Positions 35,563 to 45,863 of a stretch of DNA of 64,000 bases are shown here, piece by piece (the stretch's first letter is position 1; each line of letters opens with the position of its first letter). This stretch comes from Candidatus Omnitrophota bacterium (GTDB taxonomy: Bacteria; Omnitrophota; Gorgyraeia; Zapsychrales; Fredricksoniimonadaceae): positions 82,917 through 146,916 of the forward strand of contig JBGAJA010000002.1 of assembly GCA_044225175.1 (NCBI GenBank). The letters run 5' to 3'. A program made the position numbers and the translations under genes. The notes beneath the pieces are model-generated. The model was not told where the DNA came from. It worked only from the letters and a program-made list of their open reading frames with translations, and ran no database searches.

Positions 35563-36007
35563 TCATTTCGTCGATCTTTTTCTTGTTTAAAAGCCCCACA
35601 TAATCTTTATTGCATTGCATGACTGGCGCATGCTCACAGGCGCCTAAACATTCAACAACCGTTAAACTGAATTTACCATCTTTGGTTGTCTCACCATGTT
35701 TAATCCCTAAACGATTTTCAATATGTCCAATGACATCTTCCCCGCCTAACAGAGCGCATGCCGTTGTCTGACACACGGAAAAATGGCACTTCCCTTTTTT
35801 CTCTCGATGAAACAGATGATAAAAGGAAACAACTTCATGCACATGGACAACAGGTATGCCTAAGCGGTCTGCTGCTTTTTGCTCTGATTCAGGAGAAATA
35901 AAACCTTCTTTCTCTTGAAGGAAATGCAACACAGGCAAAAGCGCTGCTTTTTTATCTTCGTAAAGGTTTACTATTTTATCGATGTCTTGTGAATAATCTT
36001 GGGCCAT
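35546..36007 (-). CDS. nuoE: NADH-quinone oxidoreductase subunit E
   Basis: 153 aa thioredoxin-like protein with 2Fe-2S cysteines. Confidence 0.9.
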   Translation of the reverse strand: MAQDYSQDIDKIVNLYEDKKAALLPVLHFLQEKEGFISPESEQKAADRLGIPVVHVHEVVSFYHLFHREKKGKCHFSVCQTTACALLGGEDVIGHIENRLGIKHGETTKDGKFSLTVVECLGACEHAPVMQCNKDYVGLLNKKKIDEMIEKNK

Positions 36008-36011
36008 ATGA

Positions 36012-37337
36012 TTATCGATCTAATTCTCCAGCAATCATGTTGACTGATCCAAATGTGGGGACCAAATCTGCCATGGAGTCTCCAATTAATAGTTTAGGTA
36101 ATGCGGCCATGATGGGAAAACATGGCGGGTGAACACGAACGCGCCAGGGATGGTCGCGGCCATCAGAGACAATATAAAAGCCTAACTCTCCATTAGCTCC
36201 CTCGACGGGACAGTAGACTTCCCCCACTGGAGGACGAATCCCATGTCCATACATGACTAACTTAAAATGGTTCATCAGACCTTCGATGTTGCCATATGTT
36301 TCTTCTTTAGCTGGCAGCACAACACCTTTTTGGTCTGAATTAATCGCATCACGGTATCTCTTAGTACTTCCTTGTAAGGTAGGGTCCAAATCAACTTCAA
36401 ACTCTTTTAAACCTTCTGTTTCTCCCATCTTGGCATGATCCACCATTTGAGCAGCACTCATTACCTCTCCTGTTAATTCCCCGGAGATAGGTCCATCAGG
36501 AATAAGCTGAAAACATTGTTCAATCATTCTCAAAGATTGTTCCATCTCCGCCATACGAACAAAATAACGGTCCAAATTGTCTCCCTTAGTGCCTACGGGA
36601 ACTTCAAAATCTAATTTATCATAGATCAAATATGGGTTTGCCTTACGCACATCGTAAGCCACCCCTGTTGATCTTAAAAATGGTCCTGTGATTCCAAAGG
36701 CAACAGCATCTTTAGCAGAGAGCTTGCCAATGTCTTTCATGCGATCAAAGAAAATTCGATTACGGGTTAAGAGCTCATCGCCTTCAATTAAAACCTTACG
36801 GACCTCAGCTATTTTCTTAAAACATGTGTCAGCAAAATTTGGTGTTAAGTCAGCCTTCACTCCGCCAATACGCACATAAGAAATTGTCAAACGTGCACCG
36901 GTAATTTCTTCGACGATCTCATAAAGCATATCGCGGGCTTTGATCATATAAAGAAACACCGACATGGCGCCTAATTCCATGGCGGATGCACCAATACATG
37001 TCAAATGATCAGTGACACGGGAAATTTCACTCATGATCACACGGATATATTGGGCACGTTCTGGGACTTGAATGTCTAAGAGTTTCTCAACAGTCATTGC
37101 AAAGCCAACATTATTAATCAAAGGAGAAACATAATTAAGGCGGTCGGTATAAGGAAAGCATTGGGCATACATGACGGTTTCGCACATTTTTTCGAAAGCG
37201 CGATGAAGATAACCTATTTCCACATCCACATTTCTGATCTTCTCCCCTTCAACTTCCAGGACAAGACGAATGACCCCATGCATAGCTGGATGGGAAGGGC
37301 CTACATTTAAAAGCATTGTACGTGATTGAGTAGCCAT
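36012..37337 (-). CDS. nuoD: NADH-quinone oxidoreductase subunit D
   Basis: 441 aa; separate from nuoC (not fused). Confidence 0.9.
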   Translation of the reverse strand: MATQSRTMLLNVGPSHPAMHGVIRLVLEVEGEKIRNVDVEIGYLHRAFEKMCETVMYAQCFPYTDRLNYVSPLINNVGFAMTVEKLLDIQVPERAQYIRVIMSEISRVTDHLTCIGASAMELGAMSVFLYMIKARDMLYEIVEEITGARLTISYVRIGGVKADLTPNFADTCFKKIAEVRKVLIEGDELLTRNRIFFDRMKDIGKLSAKDAVAFGITGPFLRSTGVAYDVRKANPYLIYDKLDFEVPVGTKGDNLDRYFVRMAEMEQSLRMIEQCFQLIPDGPISGELTGEVMSAAQMVDHAKMGETEGLKEFEVDLDPTLQGSTKRYRDAINSDQKGVVLPAKEETYGNIEGLMNHFKLVMYGHGIRPPVGEVYCPVEGANGELGFYIVSDGRDHPWRVRVHPPCFPIMAALPKLLIGDSMADLVPTFGSVNMIAGELDR

Positions 37338-37347
37338 TTAAGTCTTC

Positions 37348-37364
37348 TCCGCCAAAGGCGGATC
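37348..37364. repeat. Second copy of the 17-nt hairpin TCCGCCAAAGGCGGATC, about 11 nt upstream of the nuoD start codon
   Basis: Exact match to 17232-17248. Confidence 0.7.
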
Positions 37365-37367
37365 AGT

Positions 37368-37862
37368 CTAAGACTGAGGTCCTATTAAAGGTTGACGTTT
37401 ATTAAAGCTATAGTCCTTGCGCAACGCATGACCTTGAAATTCTTCATACATCAAAATACGTTTCAAATTTGGGTGTCCGGTAAAACGAATCCCAAACATA
37501 TCCCAAACTTCTCGTTCATACCAATTCGCAGAAGGCCATAAATCACTTAACGTATTCACTTCTGGGGTACTCTCAGCTACAGGAACTTTAATACGGATAC
37601 GATGATTGTGTTTTAGTGAATAAAAATGAATAACAACTTCAAAGCGATAATCTTTTTGAATGCGTCCACCTGCAAAGAACAGATAATCCACGGCAGTCAA
37701 ATCCATCAGATAATCAAAAGCAAGTTCCGGAGTATCCTTTAAAAATAACGCAACGGCCCTTAAGGCTTGTGGTTTAATTAAGACAGTATCATCTCCTCGA
37801 AATGAATGACTTTCGATGATCTCTGAAGCAAATTTTTCTTGGACTTTTTCTAAGGGTGTCAT
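37368..37862 (-). CDS. nuoC: NADH-quinone oxidoreductase subunit C
   Basis: 164 aa. Confidence 0.9.
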   Translation of the reverse strand: MTPLEKVQEKFASEIIESHSFRGDDTVLIKPQALRAVALFLKDTPELAFDYLMDLTAVDYLFFAGGRIQKDYRFEVVIHFYSLKHNHRIRIKVPVAESTPEVNTLSDLWPSANWYEREVWDMFGIRFTGHPNLKRILMYEEFQGHALRKDYSFNKRQPLIGPQS

Positions 37863-38425
37863 GATTGTGATTCTATATGTTTAATGTGTTGTTCAACGCT
37901 GTAACCTTGGGATAAATCGGAAGGTCTGCCAACCTTGGTTCGTGGATCATAGAGTGTGCGTGATTGCTCTCCTTTTTGAATCTTTTCCTGCAATTTAATC
38001 AAACCATCAATAACATTTTCAGGACGAGGAGGGCAGCCGGGGATATAAATATCGACCGGTATAATAGTGTCAATCCCCTGAACGGTCGCATAATTATCGT
38101 AGAACCCACCAGTGCATGTGCAAACTCCAAAGGCTACAACCCATTTTGGTTCACACATTTGATCATACACCGTCTTTAAAACGGGTGCCATCTTATGACT
38201 GATTGTTCCTACCACAAAAAGTACATCTGATTGTCGAGGAGAAAATCTTGGGAAACCTGCTCCAAAACGATCCACATCATAATGAGATGCCGCCGTGGCC
38301 ATGTATTCCATGCCGCAGCAAGCTGTTACGAAAGGATACTGAAAAATAGAATATTTACGGGCCCAGCCTAAAGCATCATTTAACTTAGCAGTAAAAAAAT
38401 TTGTTGGTGAACTCATAAATGACAT
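37859..38425 (-). CDS. nuoB: NADH-quinone oxidoreductase subunit B
   Basis: CCGMEYM...GCPP motifs. Confidence 0.9.
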   Translation of the reverse strand: MSFMSSPTNFFTAKLNDALGWARKYSIFQYPFVTACCGMEYMATAASHYDVDRFGAGFPRFSPRQSDVLFVVGTISHKMAPVLKTVYDQMCEPKWVVAFGVCTCTGGFYDNYATVQGIDTIIPVDIYIPGCPPRPENVIDGLIKLQEKIQKGEQSRTLYDPRTKVGRPSDLSQGYSVEQHIKHIESQS

Positions 38426-38437
38426 ACGCTTAACTCC

Positions 38438-38791
38438 TTATGACCACTCTAGGGCTTTCTTTTTCCAAACATAAACAAAGCCTAAAACGACAAAACCCAT
38501 AAAAACACCCATTTCAATCAACCCAAACATCCCTAACTCACGAAAAAGAACTGCCCAAGGGAAAAAGAACACCATCTCAACGTCAAAAATAATAAAAAGC
38601 ATAGCTACGATATAAAAATGCACCGGCATTTGCCCAATGGGAAGCGAGAAAGCTTCCTTACCGCATTCAAAAGGTCTTGATTTAATTTCACTGGGATTTT
38701 TAGGGGCAAGGATTTTAGGCAGCACAAGCAAAAGCATGGCTACCGCGATTGAAAACAGAAAAGCAAATATGATTGCAATGTATTCGAGCAT
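38438..38791 (-). CDS. nuoA: NADH-quinone oxidoreductase subunit A
   Basis: 117 aa, 3 TM. Confidence 0.85.
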   Translation of the reverse strand: MLEYIAIIFAFLFSIAVAMLLLVLPKILAPKNPSEIKSRPFECGKEAFSLPIGQMPVHFYIVAMLFIIFDVEMVFFFPWAVLFRELGMFGLIEMGVFMGFVVLGFVYVWKKKALEWS

Positions 38792-38908
38792 TTGAGGATA
38801 TGACGTAATTTGTAATATAAATAATAAGACAGAACAATTTTAGTGAATCTAAACAAATAGGCAAGAATTTATTGGGAAATCATTTCAAAAATAGTCCGGT
38901 GTCCGTCT

Positions 38909-39949
38909 TTACTTCATGGATTGAAACATTGTGTATGGATAAATACCTGAGGCGTGGCCATCACTCCATGTGATACTCAACGCATAGTTACCTAAGGGTA
39001 AAATTTCTTTGGGGGTGATGTCTGCTGGGATTTTGGATGGATCAAGTGTTCTTTTGCCGGTGATCTCAGAGACACACAGAGCACAAGGACAGTTGATACG
39101 AAGGTCATAAGCTTTAGCCATCAATTTACGTTCATCGCTAAAGCGCAGTACGATGTTTCCGTCGAGGAATTGGGCGTCTTCAAGGCTGTCTTGAGAATCG
39201 AGCACGGCGTCCACGGATTTTAGCAGTTCATCGGCTGCTTTTTGAATATAGGAATTGGCTTGGTATTGTCCGAAGCCTTGGGTCAACTCAGATACCAAAG
39301 GAACCTCAGCCAATGTTTTAATACCAAAGCGTTTAGACAAAGCTCCTGCTTTTTGCTCACCAAAGATATAATACTTAGCTTTTGTATCTGGAGCTACAAA
39401 ATAGGACATGTTTTCAATCACACCTAAGATGGGGACGTTGACCTTTTCAAACATCAGAATCCCACGCGCCACATCGACCAAAGACAGCGTATGGTGAGTT
39501 GTTACAATGACCGCTCCGGTCAATTTGACTGACTGTGTGATGGTCAATTGAATATCTCCGGTTCCAGGAGGCATGTCTAAAATCAGATAATCAAGCTGCC
39601 CCCACTCGGTTTGCAACAAGAGCTGTTGAATATAGCGCGTTACAATTGGCCCACGCATCACAGCTGGTGCATCGCCTAGAACGAAACCAAATGACATGAG
39701 CTTCAAACCTTGATGTTCCAAAGGAATGAGCATTTTGAATTCGTTGGATTGAAGTTTGACGGATGGTAAGCCAAATAATGCTGGCAAAGAAGGTCCATAA
39801 ATATCCGCATCCATAAGCCCCACCTTGAGCCCTCGTTGCAACAATTCCCAAGCCAAGGCCGCTGCAATCGTGGACTTCCCCACCCCCCCTTTGCAGGAAG
39901 AAACAGCAATAATATTCTTAACGTTAGTGAGTCCAAATGAATTTGACAT
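38909..39949 (-). CDS. apbC: Fe-S cluster carrier ATPase Mrp/ApbC with a C-terminal DUF971-like domain
   Basis: Walker A SCKGGVGKST, CxxC, and a C-terminal ...ITWSDGHASGIYPYTMF. Confidence 0.85.
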   Translation of the reverse strand: MSNSFGLTNVKNIIAVSSCKGGVGKSTIAAALAWELLQRGLKVGLMDADIYGPSLPALFGLPSVKLQSNEFKMLIPLEHQGLKLMSFGFVLGDAPAVMRGPIVTRYIQQLLLQTEWGQLDYLILDMPPGTGDIQLTITQSVKLTGAVIVTTHHTLSLVDVARGILMFEKVNVPILGVIENMSYFVAPDTKAKYYIFGEQKAGALSKRFGIKTLAEVPLVSELTQGFGQYQANSYIQKAADELLKSVDAVLDSQDSLEDAQFLDGNIVLRFSDERKLMAKAYDLRINCPCALCVSEITGKRTLDPSKIPADITPKEILPLGNYALSITWSDGHASGIYPYTMFQSMK

Positions 39950-39966
39950 GAGTGAGATGCATTATA

Positions 39967-41019
39967 CTATTTTTTTAAAAGTTTTATCACAATCCCTACA
40001 AAAATTCCTGTTAGGACAAGATTAAAGGCTAGACTCAACATGGCAAGGGTTGTGACATAGCCTCCAAAGCCATAGCCTAAAGCAATGAGTAAGACAGCAG
40101 CTCCTACTTCCCCTCGGGGAAACATGGCAATACTTAAGGCTAAGCGTTCTCTGAGAGGCACTTCTTTGCGGTAACACAGTAAAGGAAAACATTTGCCTAG
40201 ATTGGCCAATACAGTCAGGAAAAAGACATGGCCGATCGTTGTCCCCAAAGAGATCCCACCTAAGGAAATCTTAGGGAAAGAAAGCCCCACGAGAAGCATA
40301 AACAGTCCCTTAATGGAGACATCTAACAACTTTCCTCCATTGGTATTTTGATTATGTTTAGAATGACGAATGAGGCATCCCAGCGTGAAAGCTGGAATCA
40401 AAACTTCTAAATGAATATTAGTCTTGTGTTTAATCAACAGGATACTTCCTGTTAGCACGAATGCATAGAACAAGAGTGCTGGTTTTTCAATCGGCCATTC
40501 TAGTGAGTTCTTCCATCGAAAAGAAATAAATAAAAATCCTGTAACTAAAACCACCAAAATGATCGCCTGCGGTTCAAAACCATAAAGAATGATTTGAAGG
40601 GGAGTCAATAATAAAAGAACAACCAAATCATCCAAAACTGCCAAAGTCTGAGCTTTCTTGTAAACCCATGTGCCACTTAATCCTGCTGCCATCAGCATTG
40701 CAAAAAGAACACCCGCGGAAGTTGGAGCACTCGAAAGACCTGAAAGTACCCCTGACTGCCAAGGACTTTGTAGAATCTCTGTGAAATAAATAAACCAAAA
40801 TACAGCTGGGAGAAAAGCAGCCAAAAAGGCAACAACAAAGTCCCATCTATAGCTTTTGATGGAACGCTGAGCTGAAGAAAACTCAAGCCCCACTTCAATC
40901 ATGATGTAAGACAGACAAGTTGATGTAATAAGGGTAAGTCCCCCTCTAAAAGAAGAGACATCCATCAGTTGTCCACCAACAATCCCGGCAATTAAAAGTA
41001 CACAAAAAGCAATAACCAT
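39967..41019 (-). CDS. Polytopic membrane protein, possibly a cation/proton antiporter family member
   Basis: 350 aa with 10 or more TM segments; a PRGEVG motif near the C-terminus. Confidence 0.45.
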   Translation of the reverse strand: MVIAFCVLLIAGIVGGQLMDVSSFRGGLTLITSTCLSYIMIEVGLEFSSAQRSIKSYRWDFVVAFLAAFLPAVFWFIYFTEILQSPWQSGVLSGLSSAPTSAGVLFAMLMAAGLSGTWVYKKAQTLAVLDDLVVLLLLTPLQIILYGFEPQAIILVVLVTGFLFISFRWKNSLEWPIEKPALLFYAFVLTGSILLIKHKTNIHLEVLIPAFTLGCLIRHSKHNQNTNGGKLLDVSIKGLFMLLVGLSFPKISLGGISLGTTIGHVFFLTVLANLGKCFPLLCYRKEVPLRERLALSIAMFPRGEVGAAVLLIALGYGFGGYVTTLAMLSLAFNLVLTGIFVGIVIKLLKK

Positions 41020-41100
41020 AAGACTATCCTAAAGATTTTTTAATACTGACTTCACATTAATTTAATCTTTGAAAGATTAAAATTTATTTATAAAGAAAGG

Positions 41101-41436
41101 ATGATCATGAAAAAAACAAACCCTAGGAATAAAAAACCATCTGATAACTTGAGTGCAAGAAGCAAAGGCCGCTCATTGAAGAAAAACCAAGATGATTCTC
41201 AAGAAAACATTATTGATACAATCGCTCTTAATCAAGGTCTTGCTGAAGAATTTCGAGAACCCGAAGTTAGCAATTTGGATGATTCAGAACTCAAAACATC
41301 CTCGTGGGATGAGACCCAAGACCGTGGAGAAGATTTAGCCGACAACAGAGACCCCTTGATTCAAGAGGAGGATTTTGATGATGAAAACTTGGCTGATCGA
41401 TTTGATAAAGAACGTAGAAATAGTAAAGATATGTAG
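41101..41436 (+). CDS. Acidic low-complexity hypothetical protein
   Basis: ORF only; D/E-rich. Confidence 0.35.
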   Translation: MIMKKTNPRNKKPSDNLSARSKGRSLKKNQDDSQENIIDTIALNQGLAEEFREPEVSNLDDSELKTSSWDETQDRGEDLADNRDPLIQEEDFDDENLADRFDKERRNSKDM

Positions 41437-41447
41437 CTGCTGAGCTT

Positions 41448-42545
41448 CTACAAATTTTCTAAGATCATGTCCATATCAACATAATTCTTAAAGAGTCTGT
41501 GGGCTTCGCGAATTTTGTCTTTATCTGTCTTTTGAATTTTGCATGTGAGATTTTCAACAGCAGCTGCAATTGTGTATGTATCCGCATCAGAATAAAGAAC
41601 GGGGATGCGACTGTCTTTTAAAAGACCAGCGATCTTAGGGCCTGGAAGCAATCCTCCTGTTAAAATGAGTCCCGCAACTTTTACACTTTTCCCTTCTTTT
41701 AAAAGATAGGATGAGACGGCAACTAAAATATTGTCCACTCGATCTCCAGATGTAATAACCAAAGCACCGTCACGCAGATGACCAATCATATTATAAGGTT
41801 CCATTGCAGCCACAATGGCATCTTTGACATATGTTTGTAAGTTTTCTTCTCCAGAAAAGATTTTCAAATCCAATCGTTCTTGGATTTGTTGAACAGTCGG
41901 AGCGCTTAACATTTCTGTTTCTGGAATTGCCCCTAAAAGCCTAATGCCTTTGCGTTCTAGACCTTTTCCCACAATCTTTTTAATTTTGTCTAACTTATCA
42001 GGAATGATCTTATTAACAATAACACCTAAAACCTCTACATTGCATTGATCGAAGAGTGCTTTATTAAGCATAATCTCATCGATCGCCCGGCCAATTCCAC
42101 CCTGAGAAATGATAATGACTTTAGAACCAAGCAATGATGCTACATCTGCATTGGAGCAATCAATGACAGCACCCACCCCTGCATGACCTGTACCTTCGAC
42201 GATGATTGCGCTTTTACCCTTAACAAGCTTATTGAATGATTTTTTAATTTTCTGCTGTAGAAATTCTTTCTGAGGATCAAGGATATATTGTTCTGTGTAT
42301 CCTTTCCCAACAGTCACAGGAGACATGTCACTAATATGCTTATTACAGTGGTACACTTGGCCTATCAAATAAGTGTCTTTGTCGATGGGGTGTTCACCAT
42401 ACCTGACGGTTTCTTGACCCACCGGCTTCATAAATGCGGTTCTAATTTTTCTTTCTTGGAAACTTTTAAAAAGACCTAGAGAGATCGTGGTTTTACCCGC
42501 GTTCTGATGAATGGCAGAAATAAAAATGTTTTTTAATTTTTTCAT
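41448..42545 (-). CDS. Phosphotransacetylase N-terminal-like protein (AAA/CobQ-type P-loop plus DRTGG domain) lacking the PTA catalytic domain
   Basis: P-loop NAGKTT...DRVDNILVAV (DRTGG-like). Confidence 0.55.
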   Translation of the reverse strand: MKKLKNIFISAIHQNAGKTTISLGLFKSFQERKIRTAFMKPVGQETVRYGEHPIDKDTYLIGQVYHCNKHISDMSPVTVGKGYTEQYILDPQKEFLQQKIKKSFNKLVKGKSAIIVEGTGHAGVGAVIDCSNADVASLLGSKVIIISQGGIGRAIDEIMLNKALFDQCNVEVLGVIVNKIIPDKLDKIKKIVGKGLERKGIRLLGAIPETEMLSAPTVQQIQERLDLKIFSGEENLQTYVKDAIVAAMEPYNMIGHLRDGALVITSGDRVDNILVAVSSYLLKEGKSVKVAGLILTGGLLPGPKIAGLLKDSRIPVLYSDADTYTIAAAVENLTCKIQKTDKDKIREAHRLFKNYVDMDMILENL

Positions 42546-42587
42546 ATGGGTTAACAAAGATTGTAAAGACGAAGCAGTGCCGCGTCT

Positions 42588-43457
42588 CTACTTTAGCCTT
42601 TGAGCTAAGGCTTGAGGAATTTCATCAGGAAAGTCAATCACATGAACACCGGCATCTCGTAAGATTTGCATTTTAGCTTCTGCAGTTGAATCTCCAGAGG
42701 AAATGATAGCACCCGCATGACCCATACGTTTTCCCGCAGGAGCGGTACGGCCGGCAATAAAAGAAACAACAGGTTTTTTAACATAGCTTTTAATGAAATC
42801 CGCGGCAAGCTGTTCATCTCCCCCACCGATTTCACCAACCATGACAATACCTTGTGTTTCAGGATCATCTTGAAACATTTTTAAAATATCAACAAAGCGA
42901 GTTCCAATAATGGGGTCACCACCTAAACCAACGCAAGAACTTTGACCCATGTGATTAAGAGTCAAATTATAAACCACTTCATAGGTTAAAGTTCCTGAAC
43001 GAGAGACAACACCAATCCCGCCTGGCTTATGAATATGGCCTGGCATAATACCTATTTTAGATTTTCCCGGTGATATTAATCCTGGGCAATTAGGACCTAT
43101 CAAACGGCATTTGCTGGCATTCAATGCTTTTTTAACTTCAACCATGTCAATGACAGGAACACCTTCGGTAATACAAACAATCAACTCAAGACCATTGGCA
43201 ATATCTTCAAGCATGGCATCTTTGGCAAACTTAGCTGGTACATAAATAACAGCCGCTGTTGCTCCAGTTGCATCTTTGGCTTCTTTAACCGAGTTAAAAA
43301 CTGGGATTCCTTCAAGACTTTGTCCGCCTTTGCCAGGAGTTACACCGCCGACAACGTTTGTGCCATATTCCTTCATTTGCTTAGCATGAAATGAACCGTC
43401 GCGTCCAGTAATCCCTTGAACAATAACTTTTGTGTTTTGATCGATCAGTATACTCAT
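42588..43457 (-). CDS. sucD: Succinyl-CoA synthetase alpha subunit
   Basis: 289 aa: SRSGTLTYE... Confidence 0.9.
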   Translation of the reverse strand: MSILIDQNTKVIVQGITGRDGSFHAKQMKEYGTNVVGGVTPGKGGQSLEGIPVFNSVKEAKDATGATAAVIYVPAKFAKDAMLEDIANGLELIVCITEGVPVIDMVEVKKALNASKCRLIGPNCPGLISPGKSKIGIMPGHIHKPGGIGVVSRSGTLTYEVVYNLTLNHMGQSSCVGLGGDPIIGTRFVDILKMFQDDPETQGIVMVGEIGGGDEQLAADFIKSYVKKPVVSFIAGRTAPAGKRMGHAGAIISSGDSTAEAKMQILRDAGVHVIDFPDEIPQALAQRLK

Positions 43458-43458
43458 A

Positions 43459-44592
43459 TTATTTATTCACCACTTTAACAGCTTCAGTGACTGCCTGACG
43501 CATGGAAGAAAATGTTGTAAGACCAGCTTTTGTGAGCATTTCTTTAGCAATGGCTTCATTGGTCCCAGTTAAACGAATGACAAGAGGAACAGGCATTTTG
43601 ATTTGTTCTAGGGCCTTTAAAATACCGCTGGCAATGTCATCACAGCGGGTGATTCCACCAAAAATATTAATCAAAATGACTTTGATATCAGGATTTCTTA
43701 AAATAATTTTAAGAGCATTTAAAACTTTTTCAGGATTTGAGCTTCCACCCACATCTAAGAAGTTTGCGGGTTTACCTCCCAGAAGATTGACGGCATCCAT
43801 AGTACCCATGGCTAGACCTGCTCCATTAACAATGCAACCAACGTTTCCATCTAATTTCACAAAGCTCAAACCTTTTTCTTTAGCTTCAAGTTCATCGGCA
43901 TCTTCATATTTCATATCCATCATCTTGCCGACAGCCTCTTGACGATAAAGGGCATTATCATCAATGATGACCTTGGCATCAGCAGCAATCAAATTACCTT
44001 CGCCATTGATAACAAATGGATTAATTTCAGCCAAAGAACAATCTTTCTCAAAGAATAACTTCACAAGTTTAGAAATAATTGCGGTCGCACTCTTTTGAAG
44101 ACGTATATCGGTAAATAATTGGGCAACGACAGGGGCCCAGCGAGCTTCATCCAAAGTTTTTTGACCTTGCATGTAGAATTTAAGGATTTTCTCAGGATTT
44201 GTTTTGGCAGTTTCTTCAATCTCCACACCACCTTCAGCGGATGCGATAATAACCACATCGCCTTTGATGTTATCGATTGTTACTGCGACATAAATTTCTT
44301 TCTTAATATCGATGGCTTTAGCAACGAGGATACGTTCAACGCTATAGCCTTTTATGGTAAGTTTTTTGATACGGTCAAATTCACTGATTAAATCAGTTTC
44401 ATTATTTACGACTTTAACACCACCTGCTTTGCCTCGTCCACCTACTAGGACCTGGGCTTTGATAACTACAGGAAGGCCAAATTTTCTAACGAGATTGACA
44501 GCCTCAGAGGAAGTTTCAGCAACGCCTCCTTGAGCGATGGGAATTTCATATTGGGCAAATAAGTCTCTGGCTTGATATTCATGAATCTTCAT
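43459..44592 (-). CDS. sucC: Succinyl-CoA synthetase beta subunit
   Basis: 377 aa: [18 protein letters not shown]... Confidence 0.9.
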   Translation of the reverse strand: MKIHEYQARDLFAQYEIPIAQGGVAETSSEAVNLVRKFGLPVVIKAQVLVGGRGKAGGVKVVNNETDLISEFDRIKKLTIKGYSVERILVAKAIDIKKEIYVAVTIDNIKGDVVIIASAEGGVEIEETAKTNPEKILKFYMQGQKTLDEARWAPVVAQLFTDIRLQKSATAIISKLVKLFFEKDCSLAEINPFVINGEGNLIAADAKVIIDDNALYRQEAVGKMMDMKYEDADELEAKEKGLSFVKLDGNVGCIVNGAGLAMGTMDAVNLLGGKPANFLDVGGSSNPEKVLNALKIILRNPDIKVILINIFGGITRCDDIASGILKALEQIKMPVPLVIRLTGTNEAIAKEMLTKAGLTTFSSMRQAVTEAVKVVNK

Positions 44593-44645
44593 ATGGTCAG
44601 AATCTTATCATAGATTTTTAAATGTCCTAGGGAATTAAAAGAAAT

Positions 44646-45422
44646 TTATTTAAAGATTTCTTTGAAGAACGCTTGCATTCTGTTCCAGGATTTTAGATCC
44701 GCACTTTTATTATATTTAGCACCCTTCATCTCGCCGGTATTAGCTGGATTTGTAAATCCATGTACAGCGCCAGGATATTTGACCAATTGATAATTCACGT
44801 TTGCATCTTTCATTTCTTTTTCAAAATCGGCAACTTCGGAAGGTGGAACAAATGGATCATCGGCCCCATGAAGAGCAAGAACTCCTCCTTTGATATTATT
44901 TGCATCCTCTGGTGTAGGAGAACTTAATCCTCCATGAAAACTCACAACACCTTTAACATCTGCTCCTGCCCTGGCTAATTCTAAGACGGTGGTTCCACCA
45001 AAACAATATCCGATTGCAGCAAGCTTTGTTTGATCAACATTAGGTTGAGCTTTTAATTGATCTAATCCAGCAATCACTCTTTCCCTAAGCAAAGAACGAT
45101 TTCCTTTATACAATCCTGAAACCTTGCCCGCTTCTTCCACGGATTGAGGACGGATATCTTTGCCGTAAATGTCAGCCGCAAAAGCCACATAACCTAATTT
45201 AGCCAACATATCGGCACGCATCTTTGCATAATCATTAAGGCCCTTCCATTCATGCACTACCAAAACGCCTGGCCGTTGACCTGTAAATTTTGTGTCGTAG
45301 GATAAATAGCCTTGGAGAGTGACATCGCCTTGCTTATATTCCACCATTTGGGTCTTAAGGTCAGCATAAGCTTGAGTTATCAAACCGAAAGACAAAAGAA
45401 ACATTATGATAAAAGCACGCAT
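44646..45422 (-). CDS. Dienelactone hydrolase family protein (secreted)
   Basis: Signal peptide, nucleophile elbow GYCFGG. Confidence 0.75.
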   Translation of the reverse strand: MRAFIIMFLLSFGLITQAYADLKTQMVEYKQGDVTLQGYLSYDTKFTGQRPGVLVVHEWKGLNDYAKMRADMLAKLGYVAFAADIYGKDIRPQSVEEAGKVSGLYKGNRSLLRERVIAGLDQLKAQPNVDQTKLAAIGYCFGGTTVLELARAGADVKGVVSFHGGLSSPTPEDANNIKGGVLALHGADDPFVPPSEVADFEKEMKDANVNYQLVKYPGAVHGFTNPANTGEMKGAKYNKSADLKSWNRMQAFFKEIFK

Positions 45423-45863
45423 ATCTTAGACTCCCTATTTTAAAAATGTTATTAAAAAGGCCCCGCTTTTTATAGCGGGGCTATTTTAACAATGAATCCT
45501 GCCTTATGAAATCATTATTTAACTTGCAGAAGCATGTAGCGCCTTTGTTTCCAACTTATCTGGATGACCTTTCATCCCCTTATGGTGCTTATGTACTCGG
45601 TGCATTTTCTTCTCTGATTTTTCGACTTTCTTGACTTCCGATTTAACTTCTACGGCTGTTGGTGCTGCAACTGTACTAGTTGACCTTATGTTTTTGCTCG
45701 GGAGTCATTTGGTAGTTTCTTTCCATAATGACATTAAAAGCTCCTTGATCTCCGCTTTTAAATGCCATCATCAAAACTACGTCAGGATCTTCTAAATAAG
45801 GGTTTGGTTTGGCAGAAAAAAATAACATGTTTGGTTTGCTTTTCAATTAAAGGCACTTATTAT

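Noticed and set aside
43502-43942. 146-aa + strand ORF antisense to sucC; likewise 58304..58774 antisense to rarA, 56346..56714 antisense to rny, and 39591..39936 alternative frames in apbC
   Set aside because: They are embedded in strongly supported genes on the other strand or frame, with low-complexity translations.
45423-45761. 340-nt non-coding gap with a terminator hairpin (45464-45490) and a tiny His-rich ORF (MHRVHKHHKGMKGHPDKLETKALHASAS, minus strand)
   Set aside because: The ORF is only 28 aa with a weak ribosome-binding site, and no start codon exists for the longer open frame. It could be a decayed gene remnant or an sRNA, but neither is supportable from sequence alone.
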